In this document: piece after piece, positions 9,336-19,417 of the stretch
Numbering within the stretch: the first letter of the stretch is position 1
How the letters are laid out: the number at the start of each line of letters is the position of its first letter
Assembly (NCBI GenBank): GCA_028711065.1
Contig: JAQTSY010000001.1
Coordinates: forward strand, 22,610 to 86,609
Length of the DNA: 64,000 nt
Direction: 5' to 3'
From: Minisyncoccota bacterium
GTDB lineage: Bacteria > Patescibacteriota > Minisyncoccia > Phycocordibacterales > JAQTLZ01
Translations under genes and position numbers: made by a program
The notes under the pieces: model-generated
Databases searched by the model: none
Told to the model about the DNA's origin: nothing
Seen by the model: the letters and a program-made list of their open reading frames with translations, nothing else

Positions 9336-11078
9336 ATGGAACTTCTCTGGAAATATGTAAAAAAACAAAAATGGCTCCTGGCGGGAACTTTGGCTTTGGC
9401 GACAATAAACCAGGGTTTTTCGCTTTTGGATCCGCAAATTTTTCGAATCATTGTTGATAAATATGCGACCCAGGCGTCGAATTACACCCACTCAGGATTT
9501 CTCCGGGGTGTACTGCTTCTTCTCCTCGCTTCGATCGGCGTCGCGCTTGTGTCGCGAATTGCCAAAAATTTCCAAGATTATTACGCCAACGTAATCACTC
9601 AACGAGTGGGAACCGAAATGTACAGCGAATCCGTTGCTCATACTTTTGCTCTGCCTTACGCTATTTTTGAGGATGAAAGAAGCGGGGAGATGCTCCAGAA
9701 ACTTCAGAAAGCCCGTCTTGATGCTCAAACGCTCATTATGAGCGCTATTGGAAGTATTTTCATCGCACTCGTTGGGATTATTTTTGTGATCATCTACGCT
9801 CTCCATGTGCATTGGTCAGTTGGGCTCGTCTATATTCTCATCATTCCCGTGCTTGGAACGGTGACCTTTACTATTTCGAGGAAGATCAAACAGGCGCAGA
9901 AGAATATTGTCATAGAAACCGCAAATCTTGCTGGTTCGACGACAGAGACGATTCGAAACGTCGAGATGGTGAAAAGTTTGGGACTTGAGGAGCAAGAAAT
10001 CACCCGACTCAATATCGTCAATCAGAAAATTCTCCAATTAGAGCTCAAGAAAATTAAACTGATAAGAACACTAAGCTTCATCCAGGGTACGTGCATCAAC
10101 GCGCTCCGCTCGTCGCTTCAGCTCCTTATGCTTTGGCTCATTTGGAGCTCTGCCATCACGGTCGGAGAATTTTTCAGCCTCTTTATCTACTCATTCTTTA
10201 TTTTCAACCCACTTGGTGATCTCGCAAACGTTTTCGCCCAATTTCAAGAAGCCAGCGCAAGCCTCGCTGCCGTAGCGGAGCTCCTTTCTCGCCAAGTTGC
10301 TCCAATTCCTCTTTCCCCCGTCCGACTCAAATCACTTGAATCAATTGAATTTAAAAATGTAGATTTTGCTTACTCGGGAGCTCGAGGTTCGGCTGTTTCG
10401 GGGATTAACTTAAAAATACATGTCGGAGAAACGGTCGCTTTCGTGGGCCCTTCTGGTTCCGGCAAATCGACTCTTGTAAAACTTGTGCTTGGCCTTTACC
10501 AGCCGGAGAAAGGTTCTCTTTCATTCAATACTGTAAATGCGTCCAAGATCGATTTCGAGGCATTGCGAAGCCGTGTCGGGCTTGTTGCGCAGGAGACCCA
10601 GCTTTTTTCAGGAACGATTCGAGATAATCTTTTATTCGTGAAAACTGACGCTACAGATGAAGAGTGTCTTTTAGCGCTTTCTTTTGCTCAAGCCACAACA
10701 ATTTTAGAGAGGAGCGGGCAAGGACTCGATACAAAGATCGGCGAAGGAGGAGTGAAAGTTTCAGGAGGAGAACGCCAGCGTCTCGCTATTGCTCGAGCCC
10801 TTCTTCGAAAACCGGAACTTATTATTTTCGATGAAGCGACTTCGAGCCTTGATTCAATCACCGAAAAAGAAATTACAGACACTATTCAAAGCGTTGAAAT
10901 CGCAGCAAAAGGTGTGATGCAAATTCTAGTTGCTCACAGACTTTCGACAATTGCCCACGCGAAAAGAATTTACGTGCTGGAGAAAGGCAAAATCATCGAA
11001 GAAGGGACGCACGAATCACTCCTTAAGAAAAAAGGGTTATATGCTGCTTTGTGGAGAGAGCAGTCGCCGATGAGTTAG
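9336..11078 (+). CDS. ABC exporter, fused TMD-NBD
   Basis: N-terminal TM domain; GPSGSGKST, VSGGERQR, FDEATS. Confidence 0.9.
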   Translation: MELLWKYVKKQKWLLAGTLALATINQGFSLLDPQIFRIIVDKYATQASNYTHSGFLRGVLLLLLASIGVALVSRIAKNFQDYYANVITQRVGTEMYSESVAHTFALPYAIFEDERSGEMLQKLQKARLDAQTLIMSAIGSIFIALVGIIFVIIYALHVHWSVGLVYILIIPVLGTVTFTISRKIKQAQKNIVIETANLAGSTTETIRNVEMVKSLGLEEQEITRLNIVNQKILQLELKKIKLIRTLSFIQGTCINALRSSLQLLMLWLIWSSAITVGEFFSLFIYSFFIFNPLGDLANVFAQFQEASASLAAVAELLSRQVAPIPLSPVRLKSLESIEFKNVDFAYSGARGSAVSGINLKIHVGETVAFVGPSGSGKSTLVKLVLGLYQPEKGSLSFNTVNASKIDFEALRSRVGLVAQETQLFSGTIRDNLLFVKTDATDEECLLALSFAQATTILERSGQGLDTKIGEGGVKVSGGERQRLAIARALLRKPELIIFDEATSSLDSITEKEITDTIQSVEIAAKGVMQILVAHRLSTIAHAKRIYVLEKGKIIEEGTHESLLKKKGLYAALWREQSPMS

Positions 11079-11308
11079 AGACTAAGAGCTTTCCTAAGTT
11101 CAGGCTCGTTGAAGCCAACGATAATTTTTCCTCCTATATCGATAACAGGAACTCCCATTTGTCCTGATTTTTCAACAGCTTCTTTTCGCGCTGCCATATC
11201 ACTCGCAGCATTTTTATCGGTAAATTTTACGCCGTTGGCAGTAAAAAAATCTTTTGCCATGTGGCAGAAGTGGCAGGTCGGAGTTGAATAGATTATTACG
11301 TCTTTCAT
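11075..11308 (-). CDS. Glutaredoxin/NrdH-like redoxin
   Basis: YSTPTCHFC and GQMGVPV; likely start MKDV at 11308. Confidence 0.88.
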   Translation of the reverse strand: MKDVIIYSTPTCHFCHMAKDFFTANGVKFTDKNAASDMAARKEAVEKSGQMGVPVIDIGGKIIVGFNEPELRKALSL

Positions 11309-11451
11309 AGAAGTTTGAGATAAGATTAGTAAAAGAGTACTCATTATATCAGACAATTTTTAAGACACAAAATTTTTGCCATAACCACTCGCATTCCCGC
11401 CATTTCGGTATATAATGTCTGCCTATAATTAATCAATTAATCCTTCATTTT

Positions 11452-12738
11452 ATGGCTAATTCACCGTTCAACAACTACCTCGTGAGGCTGAAGAGCGCCT
11501 CAACCCTTTTGGGCCTTTCGAACAAGGAATTCAAGACTCTTTCGACTCCTAATAACGTCTTCGAAAAGGAGATCGAAATTGAGCGCGATAATGGCCAGAT
11601 CGAGAGTTTAAAAGCTTATCGAGTTCAGTTTAATAATGCTCGCGGTCCTTATAAAGGCGGTATTCGTTTTCATCCGAAAGCAAATTTGAATGAAGTAAAA
11701 GCGCTCGCTTTGGGCATGGCGGTGAAATGCGCAGTTGTGGGAATTCCGATGGGAGGAGGCAAGGGAGGAGTTGAATTTGATCCAAAGCAGTACTCTCCAA
11801 AAGAAATCGAGGCAATTTCGCGCGCTTGGATGCGAGCGTTCGCCGAACACGTCGGAAGCAAGAAAGATATTCCAGCACCAGATGTCTACACGAACGGCGC
11901 CATTATGTCTTTCATGCTCGATGAATATGAAAAAATTGTTGGTTACAGCGATCCCGGAATGATCACGGGCAAACCGCTTTCTCTTGGTGGAAGTTTGGGA
12001 CGAGACACTGCAACAGCTCAAGGGGGCGTGTATATTTTGGAGGAGCTTGTAAACACACTTGGCTTAAGACGAAAAGATCTGCGTGTGGCAGTGCAGGGAT
12101 TTGGAAACGCGGGATATCATGCGGCATCAATTTTACACGGACTTGGCTACAGAATTGTGGGCCTTTCTGACAGCAAGGGGGGAATTTGGAGCGCACGGGG
12201 ACTTGATCCAGAGGAAGTGAATGCTGTGAAAGAGGAGCGTAACGCCGTTACTGAATTTTATTGCAAAGGCACAGTGTGCGATATGGATAAACTTATGCAC
12301 GATGAAGCAAAAATCTACAGCGAAAAAGATTTCGTAACATGTCCGTGCGATATTCTGATTCCTGCTGCCCTCGACAATGCAATTGACGCGAAAAACGCAA
12401 AAAATGTCAAAGCGAAAATTATTTTGGAACTTGCAAATGACCCGACAACACCCGAAGCGGATCTCATTTTGGCCAAAAAGCGAGCGATCATTGTACCGGA
12501 TGTTTTGGCAAACGCCGGGGGAGTAACGGTTTCCTATTTCGAGTGGGCGCAAAACATTACGGGACAAAGATGGACTGAAGAAGAAGTAAGGGACAAGCTG
12601 AAGCCGATCATGCTCAAAGCTTTTGAAAGCGTCTGGCGGCTTTCAAAAGAGAAAAAGTTGACCCTTCGCAACTCTGCCTATTTTGTGGCAGTAGAAAAAA
12701 TTGCCACCGCAATGCGAGATAGAGGCTCGTTTTTGTGA
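11452..12738 (+). CDS. gdhA: Glu/Leu/Phe/Val (glutamate) dehydrogenase
   Basis: GPYKGGIRFHP, GGGKGG, DIPAPDV, QGFGNAG, NAGGVTVSYFEW. Confidence 0.9.
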   Translation: MANSPFNNYLVRLKSASTLLGLSNKEFKTLSTPNNVFEKEIEIERDNGQIESLKAYRVQFNNARGPYKGGIRFHPKANLNEVKALALGMAVKCAVVGIPMGGGKGGVEFDPKQYSPKEIEAISRAWMRAFAEHVGSKKDIPAPDVYTNGAIMSFMLDEYEKIVGYSDPGMITGKPLSLGGSLGRDTATAQGGVYILEELVNTLGLRRKDLRVAVQGFGNAGYHAASILHGLGYRIVGLSDSKGGIWSARGLDPEEVNAVKEERNAVTEFYCKGTVCDMDKLMHDEAKIYSEKDFVTCPCDILIPAALDNAIDAKNAKNVKAKIILELANDPTTPEADLILAKKRAIIVPDVLANAGGVTVSYFEWAQNITGQRWTEEEVRDKLKPIMLKAFESVWRLSKEKKLTLRNSAYFVAVEKIATAMRDRGSFL

Positions 12739-12750
12739 TAGTATGGGTTT

Positions 12751-13443
12751 ATGAGCACCGACCGAAAAGTCGCCATTTTTGATGTAGACGGAACGATATT
12801 TCGTTCCAGCCTTCTTATCGAATTGGTGGAAATAATGATCGAATATGGGCTTTTTCAGGAGTCTGTGCGGGCAGATTACGAACGAGAGCGTTTGCACTGG
12901 CTTGAGAGAAAAGGGGATTACGAAGCCTATATTCAGGCCATCATAAAAGTTTTTGTCGCAAATATTAAAGGCGTTTCTTATAAAGAATTTGACGACGCTT
13001 GTACAGAAGTAGTCGCTCGGCACAAAGACAAAAATTATCGCTTTACCCGAGACCTCATCAAAGATTTGAAAAAGAAAGGTTACTACCTTCTTGCCATCTC
13101 GCAGTCTCCCAAAACAATTCTCGATAAGTTTTGCATTCCGCTCGGATTTGATAAAGTGTATGGCAGGATTTATGAGACCGGGCCTTCGGACAAATTGACT
13201 GGTGCGGTAACGGACGAACATCTCATAAGCAATAAGGCAAACATCGTGCGCAGGGCGGTACTCAAAGAAAATCTGACCCTCGAAAATTCTGTCGGAGTTG
13301 GAGACACCGAAAGTGATATCCCGTTTTTGGAAATGGTGGCTAAACCAATATGTTTTAATCCAAATTCCATGCTTTGGAAGCAGGCGAAGCGCTCTAAATG
13401 GCGAGTCGTTGTGGAAAGAAAGGATGTCGTATACGAAATATAA
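12751..13443 (+). CDS. HAD-IB family hydrolase
   Basis: FDVDGT and GDTESD motifs. Confidence 0.88.
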   Translation: MSTDRKVAIFDVDGTIFRSSLLIELVEIMIEYGLFQESVRADYERERLHWLERKGDYEAYIQAIIKVFVANIKGVSYKEFDDACTEVVARHKDKNYRFTRDLIKDLKKKGYYLLAISQSPKTILDKFCIPLGFDKVYGRIYETGPSDKLTGAVTDEHLISNKANIVRRAVLKENLTLENSVGVGDTESDIPFLEMVAKPICFNPNSMLWKQAKRSKWRVVVERKDVVYEI

Positions 13444-13485
13444 ACACAAGAAATTGTCACGTACTAAAATTTTTAACGTTATTCT

Positions 13486-14067
13486 ATGAGACGCACCGAT
13501 GATGAAAATACTCGAACGCTGTTAGAGGAGGCGAAGAAAGGCGATAAACATGCTTTTGAAGAAGTGTACCGCCTTTTCTTTACGCCAGTCTATCGATATG
13601 TCTATCTTCGGGTAAAAGACAAGAAGCTCGTTGAGATGCTTACCCAAGATGTTTTCATAAAAGTATATAGTTCGCTCGGCCAGTTTCAATCTAAAGGAGC
13701 ATCTCCACTTTCGTATTTCTTTACAGTCGCGAGAAACACGATCATCGATCATTGGCGAAAAGACAGAAATAAAATTTCGTTCGGAAAGGAAGATCTTATG
13801 CTGGTAGTTCCGGATACTGCCGATAATCCCGAGCAATCGTACGAAAAACAAGAAACAAAGGCTCTTTTGTATAAGGCGGTGAATATGCTAAAGCAAGATG
13901 AGCGGGAAGCCATTTCAATGCGATATTTAAACGAAATTCCTAATAAAGAGATCGCGAAACATATGGAAAGAACGGAAGAATCAGTGCGACAGCTTCAGTC
14001 GAGGGGGCTTAAATCACTTCGGGTGATCCTTCTTGAGCTTTCTCGGGGTAGCGAAGATAAAAAATAA
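13486..14067 (+). CDS. ECF RNA polymerase sigma factor
   Basis: GDKHAF, QDVFIK, ARNTIIDHWR, C-terminal region 4 HTH. Confidence 0.9.
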   Translation: MRRTDDENTRTLLEEAKKGDKHAFEEVYRLFFTPVYRYVYLRVKDKKLVEMLTQDVFIKVYSSLGQFQSKGASPLSYFFTVARNTIIDHWRKDRNKISFGKEDLMLVVPDTADNPEQSYEKQETKALLYKAVNMLKQDEREAISMRYLNEIPNKEIAKHMERTEESVRQLQSRGLKSLRVILLELSRGSEDKK

Positions 14068-14071
14068 TTCT

Positions 14072-15379
14072 ATGCCAGCTCCTAAAAAAGAAATTGACGA
14101 AAATCTAATAGCAAAAGCCCTCGAAATGCACGAGGCGGGCAAAGTGAATCAGGAGATCATCTCTCGGCTTGTTCCAAACGGAAATAAAGAGGAACTGGAA
14201 GAGATCCTTGAATGTTTGGCCTGGGTAGAAAATGAAGGGAAAAGCATTTCACCCTCTCCGCTTCTTCTGCGCACCATTTTGGCTCACGTACCTCATGCAG
14301 AGAAAGTCGCCGCTGCGACAGAGGTTCCTCCCATTTCTGACGAAGGTCTAAAGAAAAAAATAAAAGAGCGGCCTATTTTCGACATTTCTAAATTGAAAGA
14401 CACCTTCTTGAATAAAAAAATCTTTCTGCCTGTTGGTGCGGTGGCCGTTGTCCTCTTTCTTTTTCTTATTTTAAAACCTGGAAGTGCCCCGACTACAACC
14501 ACCACGCTTCCTTCTTCCGAAGCCACGCAAGCTTTTCTCACAAAATCCTCAATTGAAAATCCCGTAACCATAGATGAAATCTTCAGTGACTTGGACAAGG
14601 AAACAGAAGATGAGTTGAGCGGTGTGACGGCAACAGTAGACGCAATGACTCCAGTTCCTGCGGCGGCTCTTTTAGATACGAGTGCAATTGTAAACAAAAA
14701 TGAGACAGATAAAGGAGTTTGTGAGCGAATTTCAACCGCAAGCGCCGATGCTGATACGCAAATTACTGGGAGACAGACAAAGTTCGAAACTGCATATAAT
14801 TTCGAACTGCAAAAACTGGAACAAAAACTGGCAAGCACAACTCAAGAATTAAATGATAAAAGAGATACTGCAAAAGCGTCCTTTGCCTCTCAAGTGCTTT
14901 CGTTTTCAGATGCGGCCTCAACAACCGAACAAAAACAAGCAATTTCTGACTTTCAACAAGCAGTGGAAAAAGCTCGCGCGACGCGCCTTGTTTCTGTAGA
15001 TGCAGCAGTTAAAATTTTTGGAGATGCAGTGGCGAGTTCGACTGACGCAAAGAAAACTGCGACCCTAACAGCACTTCAAAGTTTTCAAACCTCTGTACAA
15101 CGGGCCTTTCAGAAAGCAGAGTCAGATTGCGTAAGTTCAATTCCGAAAGATACTACGCAATCAAATCTCATAAAAACCCTTAATAGCGCAGAGGCTACGC
15201 TTAAAGCAAACCAAACTTCTCTCTCTAAGACAGCTCCCGTTTTCGACGTCCTCGTGAAAACGCGTAGAGATTCGATATTGAGAGCGTTTTCTGGCTACAA
15301 ACTTTCTCTTCGAAAAATGAAAGCTGACTTACGGCTCGTATTTCCTGTTCCGAAGAAATCCACAGCCCCATCCATCTAG
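14072..15379 (+). CDS. Single-pass membrane protein, putative anti-sigma factor
   Basis: Directly after the ECF sigma; one TM (IFLPVGAVAVVLFLFLIL) then a long Ala/Thr-rich helical region. Confidence 0.55.
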   Translation: MPAPKKEIDENLIAKALEMHEAGKVNQEIISRLVPNGNKEELEEILECLAWVENEGKSISPSPLLLRTILAHVPHAEKVAAATEVPPISDEGLKKKIKERPIFDISKLKDTFLNKKIFLPVGAVAVVLFLFLILKPGSAPTTTTTLPSSEATQAFLTKSSIENPVTIDEIFSDLDKETEDELSGVTATVDAMTPVPAAALLDTSAIVNKNETDKGVCERISTASADADTQITGRQTKFETAYNFELQKLEQKLASTTQELNDKRDTAKASFASQVLSFSDAASTTEQKQAISDFQQAVEKARATRLVSVDAAVKIFGDAVASSTDAKKTATLTALQSFQTSVQRAFQKAESDCVSSIPKDTTQSNLIKTLNSAEATLKANQTSLSKTAPVFDVLVKTRRDSILRAFSGYKLSLRKMKADLRLVFPVPKKSTAPSI

Positions 15380-15406
15380 GAAAAAGCGGTAGGGTATAAT
15401 AGACCC

Positions 15407-16285
15407 ATGCAGAATTCCCTCGGGGTTCTTTTGTCGGTATCAACACTTCTTCTTTGGAGCGTTGGCGATTTTTATATACAAAAATCAACTCGCCTTGTTG
15501 GCATTTGGAAATCTCTTTTCTTCATAAGTTTCTTCGGAATGGTATTAGAGCTTCCTTTTGTGTGGGTCGAGGTACAAAAGATTTTTTTAAGCCCTCAAAG
15601 CCTTATCCTTCTTGTTGTTCTCGGATTATCGATATTTCTTGCCGCTTTACTCGATTTTGAGGCCCTGAAACGAGGGAAAATTGCGGTTGTCGAGCCCGTA
15701 TTCGGGCTCGGAATTCCTTTCACTGTTTTTCTCGCAGTTGTCTCTGGTCATGATATTTTAAGCCTCACCCAAAGTCTTCTGATCGGTGCTATTTTCATCG
15801 GAATCATTCTTTCAGTTGTAGTAAAAGGTTCTTTTCGTTACGATCGAATTATTTGGGAAAAAGGCGTGTTCATTGCAATTCTCGGAACTTTAGCAATGGC
15901 TCTTACGAATTTTCTAACAGGAATTGGAAGCCAGCTCATCTCTCCGCTTATGACGATCTGGTTTATCAACTTTTTCCTCACTATCACGACATTTGTGTAC
16001 CTTTTCGCGAAAGGGGAATGGAGAAGCTTGCCAAACGACCTGCGAAGGCACTCGAAAGTTATTCTCGAAGAAAGCCTTTTCGACAACATTGCTTGGCTCT
16101 CGTACGCTTTTGCAATGACGCTCATCCCTATAAGCATTTCAACCTCAATAGCTGAGAGCTATATTGTGATGGCCGTTCTTCTCGGTGTCTCTGTGAATAA
16201 AGAAACGCTGAATCGCCACCAAGTGCTTGGCGTTATTCTCGCAGTTCTCGGAGTAATCTCGCTCTCGCTTACCGTAACTGGCTGA
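15407..16285 (+). CDS. DMT/EamA family transporter
   Basis: About ten TM segments; EALKRGKIAVV and KETL patterns. Confidence 0.8.
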   Translation: MQNSLGVLLSVSTLLLWSVGDFYIQKSTRLVGIWKSLFFISFFGMVLELPFVWVEVQKIFLSPQSLILLVVLGLSIFLAALLDFEALKRGKIAVVEPVFGLGIPFTVFLAVVSGHDILSLTQSLLIGAIFIGIILSVVVKGSFRYDRIIWEKGVFIAILGTLAMALTNFLTGIGSQLISPLMTIWFINFFLTITTFVYLFAKGEWRSLPNDLRRHSKVILEESLFDNIAWLSYAFAMTLIPISISTSIAESYIVMAVLLGVSVNKETLNRHQVLGVILAVLGVISLSLTVTG

Positions 16286-16286
16286 T

Positions 16287-16931
16287 ATGTTGCGCATAAT
16301 TCTCGCATCGCTCGGATTTCTCCTCATCCTTCTTGTTTCAGAAGCTTGCAAGAAGCATTTTCATTTTTCAGCGGATATAACACGGAAGATCGCCCATATG
16401 TTTTCGGGCGTCTTTGCTTTTTTTCTGCCGTATCTCCTAACCAGGGGGGAACTTATTGTTCTGTCAGTTTTATTTATCGGAATTATTTTTGGCACAAAAA
16501 CTTTCGGATTATTCGGAAGCATCCACGGAGTATCCCGCAAAACGTGGGGCGAAATCTATTTCCCGCTTTCTCTGGGACTTTTAGCATATTTTTTTCTTCC
16601 CGATCGCGTACTTTCAGCACAATTTGGGGTACTAGTGCTTGGATTTTCTGATGCGTTGGCGAGCATCGTTGGGATAGAGTTTGGCTCTCATAAGCTGCGG
16701 ATTTTCGGGCACCAGAAAAGTATCGAAGGAAGTGCCGCCTTTTTTGTCACAACAATCGTCATTACCATCGCCTTTCTTACTCCAACCTCTTTTTTGATAA
16801 TTATTGCCGGACTTTTTGTGGCATTTCTCCTGACTTCGGTTGAACTTTTCTCGATAAACGGTCTTGATAATCTCCTTTTGCCAGTTTTGGGAGCATACTT
16901 GTTTCAATACATCTTACTTGCTTTGAGGTAG
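16287..16931 (+). CDS. Dolichol/phytol kinase-like membrane protein
   Basis: RKIAH, SDALASIVG, KSIEGS, GLDNL motifs. Confidence 0.82.
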   Translation: MLRIILASLGFLLILLVSEACKKHFHFSADITRKIAHMFSGVFAFFLPYLLTRGELIVLSVLFIGIIFGTKTFGLFGSIHGVSRKTWGEIYFPLSLGLLAYFFLPDRVLSAQFGVLVLGFSDALASIVGIEFGSHKLRIFGHQKSIEGSAAFFVTTIVITIAFLTPTSFLIIIAGLFVAFLLTSVELFSINGLDNLLLPVLGAYLFQYILLALR

Positions 16932-16992
16932 TTCCAGAGCTAAAATAGAAGGATAGAGCTTATTAGAAGGCTTTCTTAACTATTTAGAGCGT

Positions 16993-17376
16993 ATGGATTT
17001 ACTATTTCTTTTTGGGCGGATCCTTTTTGGAGGTTTCTTCCTTTATAGCGGAATTAAACATTTTACTAGAGTAAATGCATTTTCTGCCTATGCTGGGAGC
17101 AAGCATGTTCCAAGTCCGAAAGTTTCGGTTTATGCTACCGGAGTACTTATCTTTCTGGGGGGAGCGGGAGTTGTTTTGGGTATTTCCCCAGTCTGGTCGC
17201 TCATATTTATCATCCTTTTTCTTGTGCCCGTGACCTTTATCATGCATCAATTCTGGAAGGAAACAGACCCAATGCAAAGAGCCGTACAGACCACGAACTT
17301 TCTCAAAAATATCGCCCTTCTTGGGGCAGCGCTTATGCTCCTCTCTGTCGCAACTCCTTGGCCGTTTTCGTTCTAG
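16993..17376 (+). CDS. DoxX family membrane protein
   Basis: GRILFGGFF, MHQFW, FLKNIAL. Confidence 0.85.
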   Translation: MDLLFLFGRILFGGFFLYSGIKHFTRVNAFSAYAGSKHVPSPKVSVYATGVLIFLGGAGVVLGISPVWSLIFIILFLVPVTFIMHQFWKETDPMQRAVQTTNFLKNIALLGAALMLLSVATPWPFSF

Positions 17377-17400
17377 GAATTCCTTACCACGCAAGCAAGC

Positions 17401-17575
17401 CCCACACCTTTTGGGAAACTCACTGGGCTCTGTGCAGCGGAAAGGAGCTTTTCCGGAAAACTGAACTGTCTGAGCCTCGCCCCACAGGCGGGCGAGTTTT
17501 CACGTTTTCCGAAATAGAAAAGCTCCTATTCCGCAATCAGAGAACCAGTGGCAGCTGTTTTCCAAAAGGTGTGGG
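17401..17575. repeat. 175-nt rod-like imperfect palindrome (REP/MITE-like)
   Basis: Perfect 14-bp terminal IR CCCACACCTTTTGG/CCAAAAGGTGTGGG plus nested stems. Confidence 0.85.
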
Positions 17576-17584
17576 CGAGTAACT

Positions 17585-18280
17585 TTACTGACCCCTTAGA
17601 TGGGCTTTTTTAATGATCTCTATGATCTCGTCTTCATTATCCGTAATACTATAGATGAGGAGATCCTCGGGGCGAATTGTTCCGTATTTATCTAAAAGTG
17701 TGGCTCGAAAAAGTTTTTCCATTGGTTGCCAGTATTCTGCGCCAAACAATACGATCGGTACCGGCGAAATTTTGTGTGTCTGTCGCAGAGTCAGTATCTC
17801 GAAGAATTCATCGAGGGTGCCGAAACCCCCAGGAAAGAAGACGCAGCATTTTGCCGTAAAGGCAAGAATAAATCGCCGGATAAAGAAATAATAGAAATCG
17901 ACAGAGTCGGTAACGTACTGATTGGTCACCTGTTCATGAGGAAGTTTGATAGTAATGCCTATTGAGTTTCCGTTCGCTTCTTTTGCTCCTCTATTCGCTG
18001 CTTCCATAATTCCGGGACCTCCGCCGGTAATGACCGCGCATTGCGTCTGTTCGACAATTTTTCTTCCCAAAGCGCGGGCTTTCTCGTAAAACACTGTCCC
18101 TTCTTGTATTTTTGTCCCGCCGTATATTGTTACTGCTTTAGGATATTGAGCGACAAATTCAAAGCCCCGCAAGAATTCACTGTCGATTTCAGACACGCGG
18201 TCTTTCGCTGTGACGTGAGCGTGGTGTTTGATCTTATCAATAAAAGAAATCAGTGCTTCGCTGTGATTATCTGTATTCAT
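17585..18280 (-). CDS. LOG family protein (TIGR00730-like)
   Basis: TGGGPGIMEAANRGA and PGGFGTLDE. Confidence 0.9.
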   Translation of the reverse strand: MNTDNHSEALISFIDKIKHHAHVTAKDRVSEIDSEFLRGFEFVAQYPKAVTIYGGTKIQEGTVFYEKARALGRKIVEQTQCAVITGGGPGIMEAANRGAKEANGNSIGITIKLPHEQVTNQYVTDSVDFYYFFIRRFILAFTAKCCVFFPGGFGTLDEFFEILTLRQTHKISPVPIVLFGAEYWQPMEKLFRATLLDKYGTIRPEDLLIYSITDNEDEIIEIIKKAHLRGQ

Positions 18281-18367
18281 TGGGCTCTATTTTATCAAGG
18301 AAAGTCGAAAATGTCCCGCGCCTTCAGCTGGACATCTTTCGACATGATTTTTGTGTGTCAAAAATCA

Positions 18368-19105
18368 TCATTTTTTTAATCCAATGCTTTCGAGAAAAAG
18401 CGTGAGCTCTTTCCCACTCAATTCCCGATATTGCCCCTCTTTTGTATTCCCAAGCCGGATATTCATGATACGAATCCGCTGAAGGTCCCTCACTTCATAT
18501 CCGCAAGCAGTACACATTCTTCGGATTTGGTGCCGTTTTCCTTCAGTGATCGTGATCGTAAGAGTTTTTTCATCCAACTCTTCTACGACAGCAGGCTTGG
18601 TCGTGAAATCCTCAAGAGCAATGCCTTTTTCGAGCCTTTGAATAAATTGTTCGGTGATCGGCTTATTTACCACCACTTGATATTCTTTTTCATGGGTCTT
18701 GTCGGGACTCAAAAGCCTTTCAATAATTCTTCCGTCATTTGTGAGAATGATAAGCCCTCGAGATTCCTTGTCGAGCCGTCCGACAGGAAATACTTTCGTG
18801 CGAAATTTTACAAGGTCAACAATTGCTTTCTCACCGGGCTGGGGCATCGTGGTTGTAATTCCCGGAGCCTTGTTGTAAGCCAAATAGACGTAATTGTTTT
18901 TTTCTCTGCCGGCATTTTGTATTTCCACCCTATCCTCTTTGTTTACTTTATCCCCAAGTACGGCAATTTTGCCATTTATGGTCACCTTTTTCTGTTCAAT
19001 CAAAGTATCAGCGCCACGGCGAGTAGAATGTCCTTGCAGAGCCAAATAGCGGTTAATCCGCATTGGATAGACGATTTCAGGCTCTTTTTGCAGTGATTTC
19101 TTCAT
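18368..19105 (-). CDS. rRNA pseudouridine synthase (RsuA/RluB/RluF family)
   Basis: S4 domain, VGRLDKESRGL, EGKRHQIRRM. Confidence 0.92.
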   Translation of the reverse strand: MKKSLQKEPEIVYPMRINRYLALQGHSTRRGADTLIEQKKVTINGKIAVLGDKVNKEDRVEIQNAGREKNNYVYLAYNKAPGITTTMPQPGEKAIVDLVKFRTKVFPVGRLDKESRGLIILTNDGRIIERLLSPDKTHEKEYQVVVNKPITEQFIQRLEKGIALEDFTTKPAVVEELDEKTLTITITEGKRHQIRRMCTACGYEVRDLQRIRIMNIRLGNTKEGQYRELSGKELTLFLESIGLKK

Positions 19106-19189
19106 AGTTAGACACTATAACACGCATTGCGCAAAATAGTCTGTGAGTATATGATTACAGTATATTAATATCCTTTTTCATTTTCACGT

Positions 19190-19354
19190 ATGAAGAAATT
19201 AAGTAAAAATGAGTGGATTGGAGTTGTTGTCGCTCTTGTTATCGTGGGAGTTTTCATGATTTTCCCGCAAGTGCTTCGAAGTATCGAGGGGAAGAATGCA
19301 GCTACACCATCAATTTCACCGGCTGCGATCGATGCGGCGCAATTACCACAATAG
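19190..19354 (+). CDS. 54-aa single-TM small protein (not in ORF track)
   Basis: MKKLSKNEWIGVVVALVIVGVFMIFPQ...; fills the intergenic gap and is followed by a hairpin. Confidence 0.55.
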   Translation: MKKLSKNEWIGVVVALVIVGVFMIFPQVLRSIEGKNAATPSISPAAIDAAQLPQ

Positions 19355-19376
19355 AATATTTTTCTATTGCATAGGA

Positions 19377-19402
19377 AAAAGGCCGTTTCAATACGGCCTT
19401 TT
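19377..19402. terminator. Intrinsic terminator-like hairpin
   Basis: AAAAGGCCGT-ttcaat-ACGGCCTTTT. Confidence 0.6.
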
Positions 19403-19417
19403 GTGTCATCAAACGCC

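Noticed and set aside
12643-13449. 268-aa minus-strand ORF
   Set aside because: Shadow of the HAD hydrolase, no motifs.
18431-19096. 221-aa plus-strand ORF
   Set aside because: Shadow of the pseudouridine synthase.
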